Shown here in pieces: positions 43,749-53,168 of a DNA stretch of 64,000 nt. The DNA is taken from NCBI GenBank assembly GCA_035390825.1, contig DAOOUQ010000016.1, positions 8,250 to 72,249 of the forward strand. Direction: 5' to 3'. A program made the translations under genes and the position numbers. The notes under the pieces were generated by a model, which saw only the letters and a program-made list of their open reading frames with translations, had not been told where the DNA came from and did no database searches. The first letter of the stretch is position 1; each line of letters begins with the position of its first letter. This DNA comes from Bacteroidales bacterium (GTDB taxonomy: Bacteria; Bacteroidota; Bacteroidia; Bacteroidales; VadinHA17).

Positions 43749-44162
43749 TCACAGATATTTCCTGTCCTCTTCCGGAACATCAAAGTATTTGTCATATTTT
43801 ACGGAATCGGGACCTATCTTTTCAACTGATGTACCGCTGATCTTGTAAGTGCATTTTTCCCCGACTATATCAGAGAAGTAGATATCATACTGTTTGCCCT
43901 TTTCGTCGATCATAAGTATCCTTACCAGGTGGTCATACTTCAGACTGTTCAGATGGGCATGACATATCGGACAGTTAATGATGTATTCCTCACCTTCTTC
44001 AATAACGAAGGTTGGGTGGGTTGTCACAGTGTAATTGCCCAGCTCCGGATTAAGGAAAATAAGACCCTTCTTTGAGCTGTTTACCTTCGTGGCCGAAAGG
44101 ACAATAGAAGTTTTCACGTTCAGGACGCCTTTACATGCCTTGCACAAGTATTCAGTTGCCAT
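43749..44162 (-). CDS. Hypothetical zinc-ribbon protein, last gene of the hydrogenase operon
   Basis: The 137-aa protein has CKAC near the N-terminus and CPIC about 60 residues later. It has no HypA-type MHE N-terminus. Confidence 0.5.
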   Translation of the reverse strand: MATEYLCKACKGVLNVKTSIVLSATKVNSSKKGLIFLNPELGNYTVTTHPTFVIEEGEEYIINCPICHAHLNSLKYDHLVRILMIDEKGKQYDIYFSDIVGEKCTYKISGTSVEKIGPDSVKYDKYFDVPEEDRKYL

Positions 44163-44178
44163 GTGTTACCTCCTCCTT

Positions 44179-44649
44179 TTAATATGTATTGATAAATGAT
44201 ATGATTTTATCGGCCGTATTCTTTACAAGGTACGACATTTTTTCGCCAAAATCAATATTCTCAGGTTGAATTCCAAGTAAATATACAGGCATCTTAAAAA
44301 AATCTGAAACCCTTCTGAGCGAGATATTGTGCGTGTTGAATGTCATGTCTTCTGTCTGGTTGATATTTAGCAGCTTGTAATCTCCGGGGACAGAGCACAT
44401 ATCCAATGCATCGATGATTACAAGTATGTCAGGGCCGATCCTGTTTATCTTTCCGATGTAATTTTCGATGCTTACCTCGACAGTCAGTGCTGATACTGTC
44501 CCCGATCCTTTTATCCCTGAGCTTATGTAAGCGCCTGCCCCGTCGTCTTTCCTGAGGAGATTGCCTATCCCGACAAAAAGGATCTTTTTATCTCTTTGCG
44601 AAAGAAGGTTGATGAGTTCTTCAGACACTTTTTGAAAGGTATTTGACAA
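44179..44649 (-). CDS. Hydrogenase maturation endopeptidase (HycI/HyaD family)
   Basis: The 156-aa protein has the ILFVGIGNLLRKDDGAG motif. Confidence 0.8.
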   Translation of the reverse strand: MSNTFQKVSEELINLLSQRDKKILFVGIGNLLRKDDGAGAYISSGIKGSGTVSALTVEVSIENYIGKINRIGPDILVIIDALDMCSVPGDYKLLNINQTEDMTFNTHNISLRRVSDFFKMPVYLLGIQPENIDFGEKMSYLVKNTADKIISFINTY

Positions 44650-45241
44650 GAACCTGCCTAAGGCAGTTTGGACATATTATATTGAACATGTCTTTACGCT
44701 TAAGCCCGTCGCGGACTTCGGCCTCCAGATCATGGCCCTCTGCGAGGCGGAGTTCCCTGTTAAGGATATTCAGGTTCAGTATTGATGAAAATGCTTTCGG
44801 GCCAAGCTTTTTGTGAAGGTATGAAAGATGCTCCCTTGTAGTTATTACGGCACCGCAATGCCGGCAGACAAGAAGCTCTTTTTCCTGGTATTCAACATTG
44901 ATTTTCCTGTCAAACACTGCAAGGTCAAAAAGCTTGTCTGAGAGAGCCACTCCTTTTCCTGTAATACAATGTTCCTGGCAAAGCCCGCAGAAAATACATT
45001 TGCCGTAATCCCTTGTTATAGTCCTGATCCCCTTTTCCCTGTCGTCTGAAAATGTTATGGCATGGGGCGGACATACGTTGGTGCATGTCTCGCAGCCAAC
45101 GCAGTTGTCGTCGTCGACGACGGGTCTGCCCCTGTAATTTTCAAACGGTACATGCGGCTCTGCCGGATACCTCGAAGTATATGCAGGAGTAAACATTGAA
45201 ACCACGGCTTCCCTTAATTCCCTTAATTTCGGATATTTCAT
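44621..45241 (-). CDS. NuoI/MbhN-like 2x[4Fe-4S] subunit with a C-terminal CxxC...CxxC extension
   Basis: The 206-aa protein has CVGCETCTNVCP and CIFCGLCQEHC motifs. An additional CRHC ... CPNC pair lies in a tail of about 80 aa. Confidence 0.75.
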   Translation of the reverse strand: MKYPKLRELREAVVSMFTPAYTSRYPAEPHVPFENYRGRPVVDDDNCVGCETCTNVCPPHAITFSDDREKGIRTITRDYGKCIFCGLCQEHCITGKGVALSDKLFDLAVFDRKINVEYQEKELLVCRHCGAVITTREHLSYLHKKLGPKAFSSILNLNILNRELRLAEGHDLEAEVRDGLKRKDMFNIICPNCLRQVLVKYLSKSV

Positions 45242-45564
45242 TTCACAGCCTCCTTGTAATCATCTTTTACTGTCCGTTTATCGAGCGGTGTGCCGAACCT
45301 GTAGGTTCCTCTGATCAGGGCATGAGCAGCAACTGTCGCGGTGAAGAAAAGTACGGGAATTGCCACAATGGCTTTTATGCCGGCGTCCGAAATGCCGAAA
45401 TGGAACAATACCCCGATAAGGATGCTGCAACACCCAAGCGTCACACATTTGGTGGCCGCCTGAAGCCTGTTATAAACATCCGGGAGCCGGATCAGTCCGA
45501 TACATCCGAAAATATTGAATAAAACACCAATGCAGATAAAAATAATTGCGATCATCTCATTCAT
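45238..45564 (-). CDS. Mrp/Mnh antiporter subunit G-like
   Basis: The 108-aa protein has a GLIRLPDVYNRLQAATK motif typical of MnhG. Confidence 0.8.
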   Translation of the reverse strand: MNEMIAIIFICIGVLFNIFGCIGLIRLPDVYNRLQAATKCVTLGCCSILIGVLFHFGISDAGIKAIVAIPVLFFTATVAAHALIRGTYRFGTPLDKRTVKDDYKEAVK

Positions 45565-45823
45565 TAAGTTTTTTTCCGCTGAGATATTTAGCCAGTGTAA
45601 GTGTCCCGATAAAACTCAGGATTATCCATGCAATGCCAATGTCGAGAATGAACGATCGTTCCGTCTGAACGGCGATAATGGCACAGATCCCGACAACAAG
45701 TATTCCGAAGATGTCTATTCCCACCATTCTGTCGGGAATCGTCGGACCGGCAATTATCCTGTAGAGGCAAACAGCGCTTAAGCCGATCTGAATGTAAAGC
45801 AGTATTGAAAGCCAGTCGCTCAT
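45557..45823 (-). CDS. Mrp/Mnh antiporter subunit F-like
   Basis: The 88-aa protein has 3 TM segments and an RIIAGPTIPDRMVGID motif. Confidence 0.8.
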   Translation of the reverse strand: MSDWLSILLYIQIGLSAVCLYRIIAGPTIPDRMVGIDIFGILVVGICAIIAVQTERSFILDIGIAWIILSFIGTLTLAKYLSGKKLNE

Positions 45824-46317
45824 TCTGCAAATCTTTTTATGTATTTTTCAAATGCTCCGGTGATAATCCGGGTATATTCCTCCGGATCTTCCGAACTGAC
45901 ATATATCCAGTGTATGTAAAGGCAATCATCAATAATATCCACAGTTATTGTACCCGGAGTCATCGTTATTGAATTGGCCAGAAGCGTCCTGGCAAATTCT
46001 GACTTAAGAGTTGTTTTAAGCTTCACAATCCCAGGCTTAATAGGCATTGAAGGATGAAGAACCCTGTATGCCACATCAAGATTGGCCTTAATGCATTCAA
46101 CCGTGAAAACTGCCAGGTAGACCATGAGCCAGAAATACCTGACGGGTTGAAGGAACTTATAAATGCCGGTAAAGTAATTGCGGGCAAAGAGAGCCGAACA
46201 AAGAGCCGATGCAACGGAACCAGTGACCAGGTTCGGGACTGTCAGGCTGAAGGTCAGGAGAAGCCAGAAAACCATTGATAATATAAATACAGCAACGTAT
46301 TTCATGTTATAATCCAA
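45820..46317 (-). CDS. Mrp/Mnh antiporter subunit E-like
   Basis: The call rests on the 165-aa size, two N-terminal TM segments, and the position between the MrpD-like and MrpF-like genes. Confidence 0.65.
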   Translation of the reverse strand: MDYNMKYVAVFILSMVFWLLLTFSLTVPNLVTGSVASALCSALFARNYFTGIYKFLQPVRYFWLMVYLAVFTVECIKANLDVAYRVLHPSMPIKPGIVKLKTTLKSEFARTLLANSITMTPGTITVDIIDDCLYIHWIYVSSEDPEEYTRIITGAFEKYIKRFAE

Positions 46318-47845
46318 TTACCAAATCTTTATATTTTACCGGATCTGTCAGGATATCGGTCGCCGGTGTCAGTATTGCATCCCTGATCCCCGGAAAAGCG
46401 AGAAGACTCAGTATTAAGCAAAGCAAACTCATAACCACCATGCTGAAAACCATTGGAAAGGGTACCTCTTTTACCACCCTTTCTTCCTTTCCCTCTTTCC
46501 GGTTAAAAAAGGCATATCTCTGGAATTTCAGAAATGATGCCAGTGTTATTATGCTGACAAGGATTGCCAGAAATGCAAGGAAATAGAATCCGGCCATCAC
46601 AGCTGCAATAATTATTATAAGCTTGCTGAAAAAACCATTGAACGGAGGTATCCCGGAAATTGACATCGATGCAATAAATGATGTAGCCGAGGTGGCAGGC
46701 ATCGATTTTCGCAGTCCTCCCATCTCTTTGAGATCGCGTGTGCCCAGCGTGTATTCGATGGCCCCTGCATTAAGGAAAAGAAGTCCCTTGAATGCAGCAT
46801 GGTTGACAAGATGGTATAACCCTCCCGCGACTGCAAGCATGGCAATTTCGTGTTTCAAGCCGCGCGATATCAGTATCATTCCCATCCCGACCGAAAGCAC
46901 GACATATCCCATCTGGCTTATGCTGTGGTAGGCAAGCAGCCGTTTGATATCCCATTGTCCGATGGCAAGGAAAACACCTATGACCATCGAAAGTGCCCCG
47001 AGTGTCGTGATGAGGACTGCGATGCTTTCATTTATTTCAAACAGGTTGAAGAAGAGCCTTATCATCACATAAATACCTGCTGCTTTGATAAGTACTCCGG
47101 AAAGCATTGCAGAAATCGGGGAAGGAGCCGAGGAGTGCGCATCAGGAAGCCAGGCATGGAATGGTATAATTGCTGCCTTAAGGCCAAAGCCGCAAAGTAT
47201 GAGAAGCTCGACAAAAATGTAGAAAGGCCTGTCGTGTCCTGCTTTCAGCATTTCGCGGATATCGGCAATATTAAGGGTTTTTGTTTTCCAATATATAAGG
47301 GCTATGCCGGCCAGAATGAAGAATGATGCAAGCGACCCGAGAACCTGGTACTTGAATGATGCTTCCAGCTCATTTTTTTCCACACCGAATGCTACCAGGG
47401 CATAGGCAGAGATAACAGAAATCTCCAGAAATACAAAAATGTTGAATAGGTCACCGCCGAGCACAACACCGTTCATGCCTGCTGTCATAAGGCAGAAAAG
47501 GGCATAGTAGAAGTTTTCAGACGTGAATCTTTTTATATATGACAAAGAATAAAATGCCGAAAGGAACCCGACGATGTTTATGATGCAGAGCATCAGAACT
47601 GTAAAACCATCCATTACCATACAGATCCCGACAGGTATCCCGTTTACGGGCTCCCAGCCGCCGACATAATAAACTGACGGATTTGTACCGGTTGTGGCCG
47701 CGGAATAAATGCTCATTGACGCGAGCGCGAGAATTATTACCTGAGTGAAACACCTGCTGAATCCTTTGATGAAGCTTCCCAGGATCATATCAATAAACGC
47801 CCCGGTCAGAGGGATCGCGACAAATAAGGGGATCAGAGGATTCAT
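46307..47845 (-). CDS. MrpD/NuoN/MbhH-like proton-conducting antiporter subunit
   Basis: The 512-aa protein has about 14 TM segments and complex I antiporter-like motifs (WLPDAHSSAPSPISA). Confidence 0.85.
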   Translation of the reverse strand: MNPLIPLFVAIPLTGAFIDMILGSFIKGFSRCFTQVIILALASMSIYSAATTGTNPSVYYVGGWEPVNGIPVGICMVMDGFTVLMLCIINIVGFLSAFYSLSYIKRFTSENFYYALFCLMTAGMNGVVLGGDLFNIFVFLEISVISAYALVAFGVEKNELEASFKYQVLGSLASFFILAGIALIYWKTKTLNIADIREMLKAGHDRPFYIFVELLILCGFGLKAAIIPFHAWLPDAHSSAPSPISAMLSGVLIKAAGIYVMIRLFFNLFEINESIAVLITTLGALSMVIGVFLAIGQWDIKRLLAYHSISQMGYVVLSVGMGMILISRGLKHEIAMLAVAGGLYHLVNHAAFKGLLFLNAGAIEYTLGTRDLKEMGGLRKSMPATSATSFIASMSISGIPPFNGFFSKLIIIIAAVMAGFYFLAFLAILVSIITLASFLKFQRYAFFNRKEGKEERVVKEVPFPMVFSMVVMSLLCLILSLLAFPGIRDAILTPATDILTDPVKYKDLVIGL

Positions 47846-47848
47846 TTT

Positions 47849-48187
47849 CTATCCTTTCAGGTTTTTGATTTCTCTTATGTCAAATGTGCCGTACTTCCTG
47901 TAAAGCCTGATTATTGTTGCCATAAGCATTGCAGTGGTAGCCAGTCCGATCACGATAGCTGTCAGTACAAGAGCCTGTGGCAGGGGATCAACATATACCT
48001 TTGCCGGACCGGTAGGGTCAACTATAGGAGCAACGCCTCCGTCGGTATAGCCGATAAGCGCAAACAGGAGAAACATGCTGAATTCCATTACCGACAGGGA
48101 GATAGCTATTTTGATCAGGTTCCTCCTTGTTATGACACCGTACAGACCTGCAAGGAATAATATGAAACAAAGAATGTATGCCGTCAT
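47849..48187 (-). CDS. MrpC/NuoK-like subunit
   Basis: The 112-aa protein has 3 TM segments and NuoK/MnhC-type architecture. Confidence 0.75.
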   Translation of the reverse strand: MTAYILCFILFLAGLYGVITRRNLIKIAISLSVMEFSMFLLFALIGYTDGGVAPIVDPTGPAKVYVDPLPQALVLTAIVIGLATTAMLMATIIRLYRKYGTFDIREIKNLKG

Positions 48188-48621
48188 TCTGCCAACTCCT
48201 CCTTAAAAATCACAAGTGCAAGAAATATTGTAAGCACTGAAGCAGCAACCTCGATGCCGACAAAAATGTTGTAAAGCGGAATAATACCCGCGCTGACAAG
48301 TTCACCCGGAGTTCCCTTAGGAATCCAGTTCAGAAAGAAAATCCTTCCGGCTGCAAGCAGGCCGGAGACCGCGAGAAAGACGACGATCAGAATGGCAAGA
48401 TTCTCATATAATGTCGATCCGGCCTCTTCCCTGGCCAGCCCGGGAAAATCACTTCCGAAAGCAAGGATCAGCAGGATGAATGATCCGGCAATTATCACTC
48501 CGCCTGCAAACCCTCCTCCTGGTGTCAGATGTCCATGCGTTATTATATATATGCCGTAAAGAAATACCAGCCCGGATATGAGCCGGGTGGTTTTCTTTAC
48601 TATTATGGTCATTCCCTTCAT
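48184..48621 (-). CDS. MrpB (MnhB domain) subunit
   Basis: The 145-aa protein has the GHLTPGGGFAGGVI motif. Confidence 0.75.
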   Translation of the reverse strand: MKGMTIIVKKTTRLISGLVFLYGIYIITHGHLTPGGGFAGGVIIAGSFILLILAFGSDFPGLAREEAGSTLYENLAILIVVFLAVSGLLAAGRIFFLNWIPKGTPGELVSAGIIPLYNIFVGIEVAASVLTIFLALVIFKEELAE

Positions 48622-48649
48622 TTGTCTGTTGTAATTTAATGTGTGTGTT

Positions 48650-49177
48650 TCATCTTCTTCCTTTTATCCTGAGGATGGTAATCACCCCGAGAACAGCTGT
48701 GACAAGAACTGTGGCCTCTCCCAGGGTGTCATAGCCCCTGAAATCAAAAACAACACCTGTTACAAGATTAACACTTCCTGTAAGCTCCACAGCGCCATTG
48801 ATATACTGTGAGGCCATCCTCAGGGAACCTGAGCCAAAAGGATCAAGCATCGCAACCGAGAGGATGAAGAAATAAAGAAGTACTGCTGTCATTACTACGG
48901 CGGCGGCCATTGACATATATCCCTTTCGGTCGGGTTTTACAAAATGTTCTTCCCTCGATGAATCGAGAACAACAGCAACCATGATTATCAGTGTTATGGT
49001 CTCAACAACTATCTGAACGATTGCCAGATCGGGGGCCTTCAGCAGCAGAAAGCAAATGACAAGGCCATAACCAACAATGCCGCATGCGATCACGGCTGAA
49101 AGAAGATCCTTTGCATGGATCGCATACAAGGCTCCTGTTATCATCAGCCCGGCTATTATGCATATTGCGGTTTCCAT
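48650..49177 (-). CDS. MbhD / MrpA C-terminal-domain-like (DUF4040) membrane subunit
   Basis: The 175-aa protein is polytopic and lies between the MrpA/NuoL-like and MnhB-like genes, as in Mbh-type operons. Confidence 0.6.
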   Translation of the reverse strand: METAICIIAGLMITGALYAIHAKDLLSAVIACGIVGYGLVICFLLLKAPDLAIVQIVVETITLIIMVAVVLDSSREEHFVKPDRKGYMSMAAAVVMTAVLLYFFILSVAMLDPFGSGSLRMASQYINGAVELTGSVNLVTGVVFDFRGYDTLGEATVLVTAVLGVITILRIKGRR

Positions 49178-49191
49178 AACTTACACTCTTG

Positions 49192-51054
49192 TCAGGTCAT
49201 CATAATGAGCAGCATAATTATAAGTCCGGCACATGCCCAGATCACATAACCGGAAAGGACACCGGCATGGGCTGAACTGAACAAATGGCTGATATTGAGG
49301 ATACTCCTTTTGGAAAGATCATAAATGTCAAAAAGCCTGTTCTCAGCCTTCCTGAAAATCCATGAAAAGAACCTGAATTCACTTATGGTCTTATAAAACC
49401 CGGAAGCAGGATATTCTGTTTCATCCTGGTTCTTTTCACCTCCTGTGAAGCTGTCCGCGGTCCTGAATTTCCTGATTCCGCTAAGCAGATAGATAAGCGC
49501 GCCCAGTAAAATCGATACCAGCACCAAAAATGATACAAGAGAGGAATCCCAGAACCCTGGCAGATGAAATGCACCTGATGCGGGCATGAAAAATCGGGGT
49601 ATCACGTATCCGGTGGCAAAAACACCGGTGAGCACGCATGCCAGAGCCAGGATAATTGACGGCACCTGCATGAGCGACGGTACTTCTTTTATCCTTTCGG
49701 ATTCGGATCTTACCCTGCCAAGAAAAATCCCGCCTGCGAATTTTATGAAACTTGCAAGGGTCAGCGCCGAACCCAGCACTGCAATCCCGAGCCAGACAAT
49801 CCATAACTTGCTGGTGAAATACGGTCCTGTCCCAAATTCAATGATCCCCTGATATATCATCCATTTTGAAGCGAAACCGTTGAAAGGCGGGACTCCCGAT
49901 ATCGACATGGCAAATATGAGTGAACAGATAAATGTTACAGGCATTGATCCTGCGAGTCCTCCAAGATCATCAATATTATTCTTTCCTGTTCTTATTTCCA
50001 CAGATCCGGCTGAAAGGAACAGACCTGTTTTGTAAATGGCATTGTTTGCCATATGGAACAGCCCTGCTGCCAGACCCAAAGGTGAACCGAGAGCAAATCC
50101 GAGTATCATGTAGCCGACCTGTGATACGGCATGAAATCCGAGAAGCCGCCTGTAATCATGCTGTAACAGGGCCATCATCACTGCGGTAATTATTGTGATC
50201 GCACCTGCAAGCAGAAGTATGAATGTTATCCACTTCCCCGGGATAAACATTCCGGAGGTCAGGCGTGCAAGAAAGTATATTCCGAGGAGCTTGTCGAGCG
50301 ATGCCGGAAGCAGAGCTGACGATGATGCAGGGGCACATTGGGTGTAATCAGGCACCCAGGTATGGAACGGAAATGCTCCGGCCTTTGTGAAACTGCCGAC
50401 AGCCAGGGCTGCAAATGCTGTAACCGTCAAAGGATTATCCGTTGCAAGGTTTAAACCGCTCATGTCAAGCGATCCCGTCATCTTCCAGATTATTGCAATA
50501 CCTGCCAGCATTATCGAGTCAGAAGCGCCGATAAGGATGAGAGTCTTTTTGGCTGCAGCTGAACTCTCTTCATCATTTCCGGGGATAAGCTTGTACAATG
50601 TTATTCCAAGGATACCCCAGAAGATTATGAATAATAGCAGGTTGTCGGAGAATACTGCTCCCGCAGAGCATCCTGTTGTGATGAGGAACCAGGGATAAAA
50701 ATTCCTTGTTTTCAACTTCCTGACATAAACAAGAGAATAAATGATAATCAGCAAAGAGATGGTTCCGGACAGAAGGATTATCAGACGGGTCAGATTGTCA
50801 GCATGCAATTTTGCATATTTCACGGCATCGGCTGCAAGACTGGTTCCCAAAAGGTCAAATGCTGAACCCTTTGACAATTGGTCAGATGCAACCGGTTCGA
50901 GGCGTCCGGTAAATATGACAACCGACAGATACGCAGTAACAAGGCTTATGGCAAGCGCAACAACGGATTTAAAACTCCTGAACTTTTCCGGGACCGTCAG
51001 GAGCAGAAGTCCCGCGGCTACGGGCAATAATATTATTGTTGAAATCTCTTTCAT
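49192..51054 (-). CDS. MrpA/NuoL-like proton-conducting antiporter subunit
   Basis: The 620-aa protein has about 16 TM segments and an antiporter-like motif (HTWVPDYTQCAPASSSALL). Confidence 0.8.
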   Translation of the reverse strand: MKEISTIILLPVAAGLLLLTVPEKFRSFKSVVALAISLVTAYLSVVIFTGRLEPVASDQLSKGSAFDLLGTSLAADAVKYAKLHADNLTRLIILLSGTISLLIIIYSLVYVRKLKTRNFYPWFLITTGCSAGAVFSDNLLLFIIFWGILGITLYKLIPGNDEESSAAAKKTLILIGASDSIMLAGIAIIWKMTGSLDMSGLNLATDNPLTVTAFAALAVGSFTKAGAFPFHTWVPDYTQCAPASSSALLPASLDKLLGIYFLARLTSGMFIPGKWITFILLLAGAITIITAVMMALLQHDYRRLLGFHAVSQVGYMILGFALGSPLGLAAGLFHMANNAIYKTGLFLSAGSVEIRTGKNNIDDLGGLAGSMPVTFICSLIFAMSISGVPPFNGFASKWMIYQGIIEFGTGPYFTSKLWIVWLGIAVLGSALTLASFIKFAGGIFLGRVRSESERIKEVPSLMQVPSIILALACVLTGVFATGYVIPRFFMPASGAFHLPGFWDSSLVSFLVLVSILLGALIYLLSGIRKFRTADSFTGGEKNQDETEYPASGFYKTISEFRFFSWIFRKAENRLFDIYDLSKRSILNISHLFSSAHAGVLSGYVIWACAGLIIMLLIMMT

Positions 51055-52256
51055 TTGTTGAAGTTAAATTCCTTGTTCAGCCCGGCCGTCATGGCGGCTG
51101 ATCTTTCGATCAGTTCCTTAGCGTTCATCAGCTTCTTGCCCGAGCGGGCGTCACATACAACGGCAAGCCGTTCGGTGCAGCAATAGCACGGATCGACACC
51201 GGCCAGCGTGATGGTGGCATCGGCGATGGTCTGCCCGATGCATGACTTTTTAAACGTGGCGATATTGACATAGCTCGGAGCCCTGATCTTATGCCTGGCC
51301 GGTGAGTTTGATCCGTCAGAGACAACAAAATGGAAAACCTCACCCCTGGGGGCTTCGGCTCTCCCGTTACCAATACCTTCAGGTATCTCGGTTACCTTCA
51401 CATTAATATCACCCTCTTTTTCTTTTTCAAGCCCTTTCAGGCACTGCTCAATTATTGAGATTGATTCATATATTTCAAGAAGTCTTACCTCGGCTTTGGC
51501 AAAGACATCACCTGCTTCGGAAGTTATCACTTTCCAGTCCACAAGAGGGTAGGCAGCATAAGGATCATCTTTCCTTACATCGATGGCAACACCTGATGCC
51601 CTTGCTGTCGGTCCCACTGCTCCGTAATCGATGACATCCTGCCTGGTCAGTACTCCTACACCTTTTGTCCTTGAATGTATAACAGGATCGTCCATCACGG
51701 CCCCTGTAAGAAGATCGGTTTTTGATTTCACCTCTCCCAGAACTCTTAGTATTTCAGGTATTTTATGGTTTTCGATATCACGCCTGACACCTCCGATCCT
51801 GAACATTGCATAGCTGTTCCTGTTACCGGTGATCATCTCGAATAGGTCAAGGACAGGTTCCCTGTATTTCCAGGCCCACATGAAGACAGTATTGTATCCC
51901 AGGAAATGTCCGGCGAGGCCAACCCACAGCAGATGGCTGTGTATCCTTTCAAGCTCACCGATTATAGATCTGATATATTTGGCCCTGTCAGTGATTTCAA
52001 TACCTGCAATTTCTTCCACCGCATTTGCAAAAGCGAAAGGGTGGGAGGTGGAGCAGATTCCGCAAATCCTTTCGACAAGGAAAAATACCTGTTCATAGGT
52101 TTTCGATTCGCTGAGCTTTTCTATGCTCCGGTGATTGTAGCCGGTAACCCACCGGATATCCTTTACAATTTCGCCATCGCAATACAACTTGAACAGTTCA
52201 GGCTCTTCCTGAAGAGGATGATAAGGACCTATCGGTATTAATGTCTTTCTGCTCAT
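51051..52256 (-). CDS. Group-4 [NiFe]-hydrogenase large subunit (NuoD/MbhL/HycE-like)
   Basis: The 401-aa protein has the N-terminal L1 motif RICGICSTSH and the C-terminal L2 motif DPCYCCTER. About 37 further residues follow L2. Confidence 0.9.
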   Translation of the reverse strand: MSRKTLIPIGPYHPLQEEPELFKLYCDGEIVKDIRWVTGYNHRSIEKLSESKTYEQVFFLVERICGICSTSHPFAFANAVEEIAGIEITDRAKYIRSIIGELERIHSHLLWVGLAGHFLGYNTVFMWAWKYREPVLDLFEMITGNRNSYAMFRIGGVRRDIENHKIPEILRVLGEVKSKTDLLTGAVMDDPVIHSRTKGVGVLTRQDVIDYGAVGPTARASGVAIDVRKDDPYAAYPLVDWKVITSEAGDVFAKAEVRLLEIYESISIIEQCLKGLEKEKEGDINVKVTEIPEGIGNGRAEAPRGEVFHFVVSDGSNSPARHKIRAPSYVNIATFKKSCIGQTIADATITLAGVDPCYCCTERLAVVCDARSGKKLMNAKELIERSAAMTAGLNKEFNFNK

Positions 52257-52711
52257 TTTTTCTCTTCAGAAACTGATTTGAATTCCTTTCTGTACGGGTA
52301 AACGCCTTCTGCCCAGTTACCTTCCGAAATCAGCTTGTCCTGGTTCGGATGGTTCAGGAAGTTGATGCCAAAAAGTTCATGCATCTCCCTTTCGATCCAG
52401 TTGGAGGCGTTGAACATGTTTGAGAGAGATTCTATCTCAGGCCTGACACTGTCGAGGATCACGTGCAGATTCAGGATGAGGCCGGCAGAGTCAAGACTGA
52501 AATGGTAGTGTATTTCAAATCCCTTCTTTGTATGCAGCGCCGATGCAATAATGAACCTGAATCCTGCTTCCTTGAACAGGTATTCTGCCGTCCGGAGAAT
52601 CGCCTCAGGCTTTACGGTAATGACCGCACGCTTCTGATTTTTCCTGGCGACCTCCAGAATATCAGGCTTGAATTTTGTTGTAAACTCAGATATGATCGAT
52701 TCTTCTGTCAT
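52253..52711 (-). CDS. NuoC/MbhK-like subunit
   Basis: The 152-aa protein has a 30-kDa-subunit-like C-terminus (NWxEREMHELFGINF). Confidence 0.8.
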   Translation of the reverse strand: MTEESIISEFTTKFKPDILEVARKNQKRAVITVKPEAILRTAEYLFKEAGFRFIIASALHTKKGFEIHYHFSLDSAGLILNLHVILDSVRPEIESLSNMFNASNWIEREMHELFGINFLNHPNQDKLISEGNWAEGVYPYRKEFKSVSEEKK

Positions 52712-52748
52712 CTTTTTCCCGAGCTCTCCTCTTTAACCTTTAGTCTTT

Positions 52749-53168
52749 CTACTTTTTACTTTTATTCACCAGCTTCACAATCCCCGCGATTATTGCTTCC
52801 GGCTTGGGAGGGCAGCCGGGTACGTAAGCATCCACCGGTATTACTTTGTCGACCGGACCAGCGAATGTGATGCTTTCGGCAAATAATCCTCCCGTGCATC
52901 CGCATGCCCCGATTGCAACCACCAGGATCGGCCTTGGAGCCTGATTGTAGATCTCAACAAGCCTTTCCCTGTCGTGTTTATTGATGGAACCATTGACAAG
53001 AAGCACATCGGCATGTCTTATACTGCCAACCAGCAATATACCGAACCTTTCAAGGTCGTGTCGCGGTGTGAGACAATCCAGTATCTCTATATCGCAGTTA
53101 TTGCATGAAGCTCCTCCGAAATGGAAGACCCAGAGTGATTTTCTGAAGCAATAATTTTTGAATCCCAC
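52749..53168 (-). CDS. [NiFe]-hydrogenase small subunit, NuoB/MbhJ-like
   Basis: The 139-aa protein has Cys ligands for the proximal cluster (CNNC, GACGCTGG, PGCPP). Confidence 0.85.
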   Translation of the reverse strand: MGFKNYCFRKSLWVFHFGGASCNNCDIEILDCLTPRHDLERFGILLVGSIRHADVLLVNGSINKHDRERLVEIYNQAPRPILVVAIGACGCTGGLFAESITFAGPVDKVIPVDAYVPGCPPKPEAIIAGIVKLVNKSKK

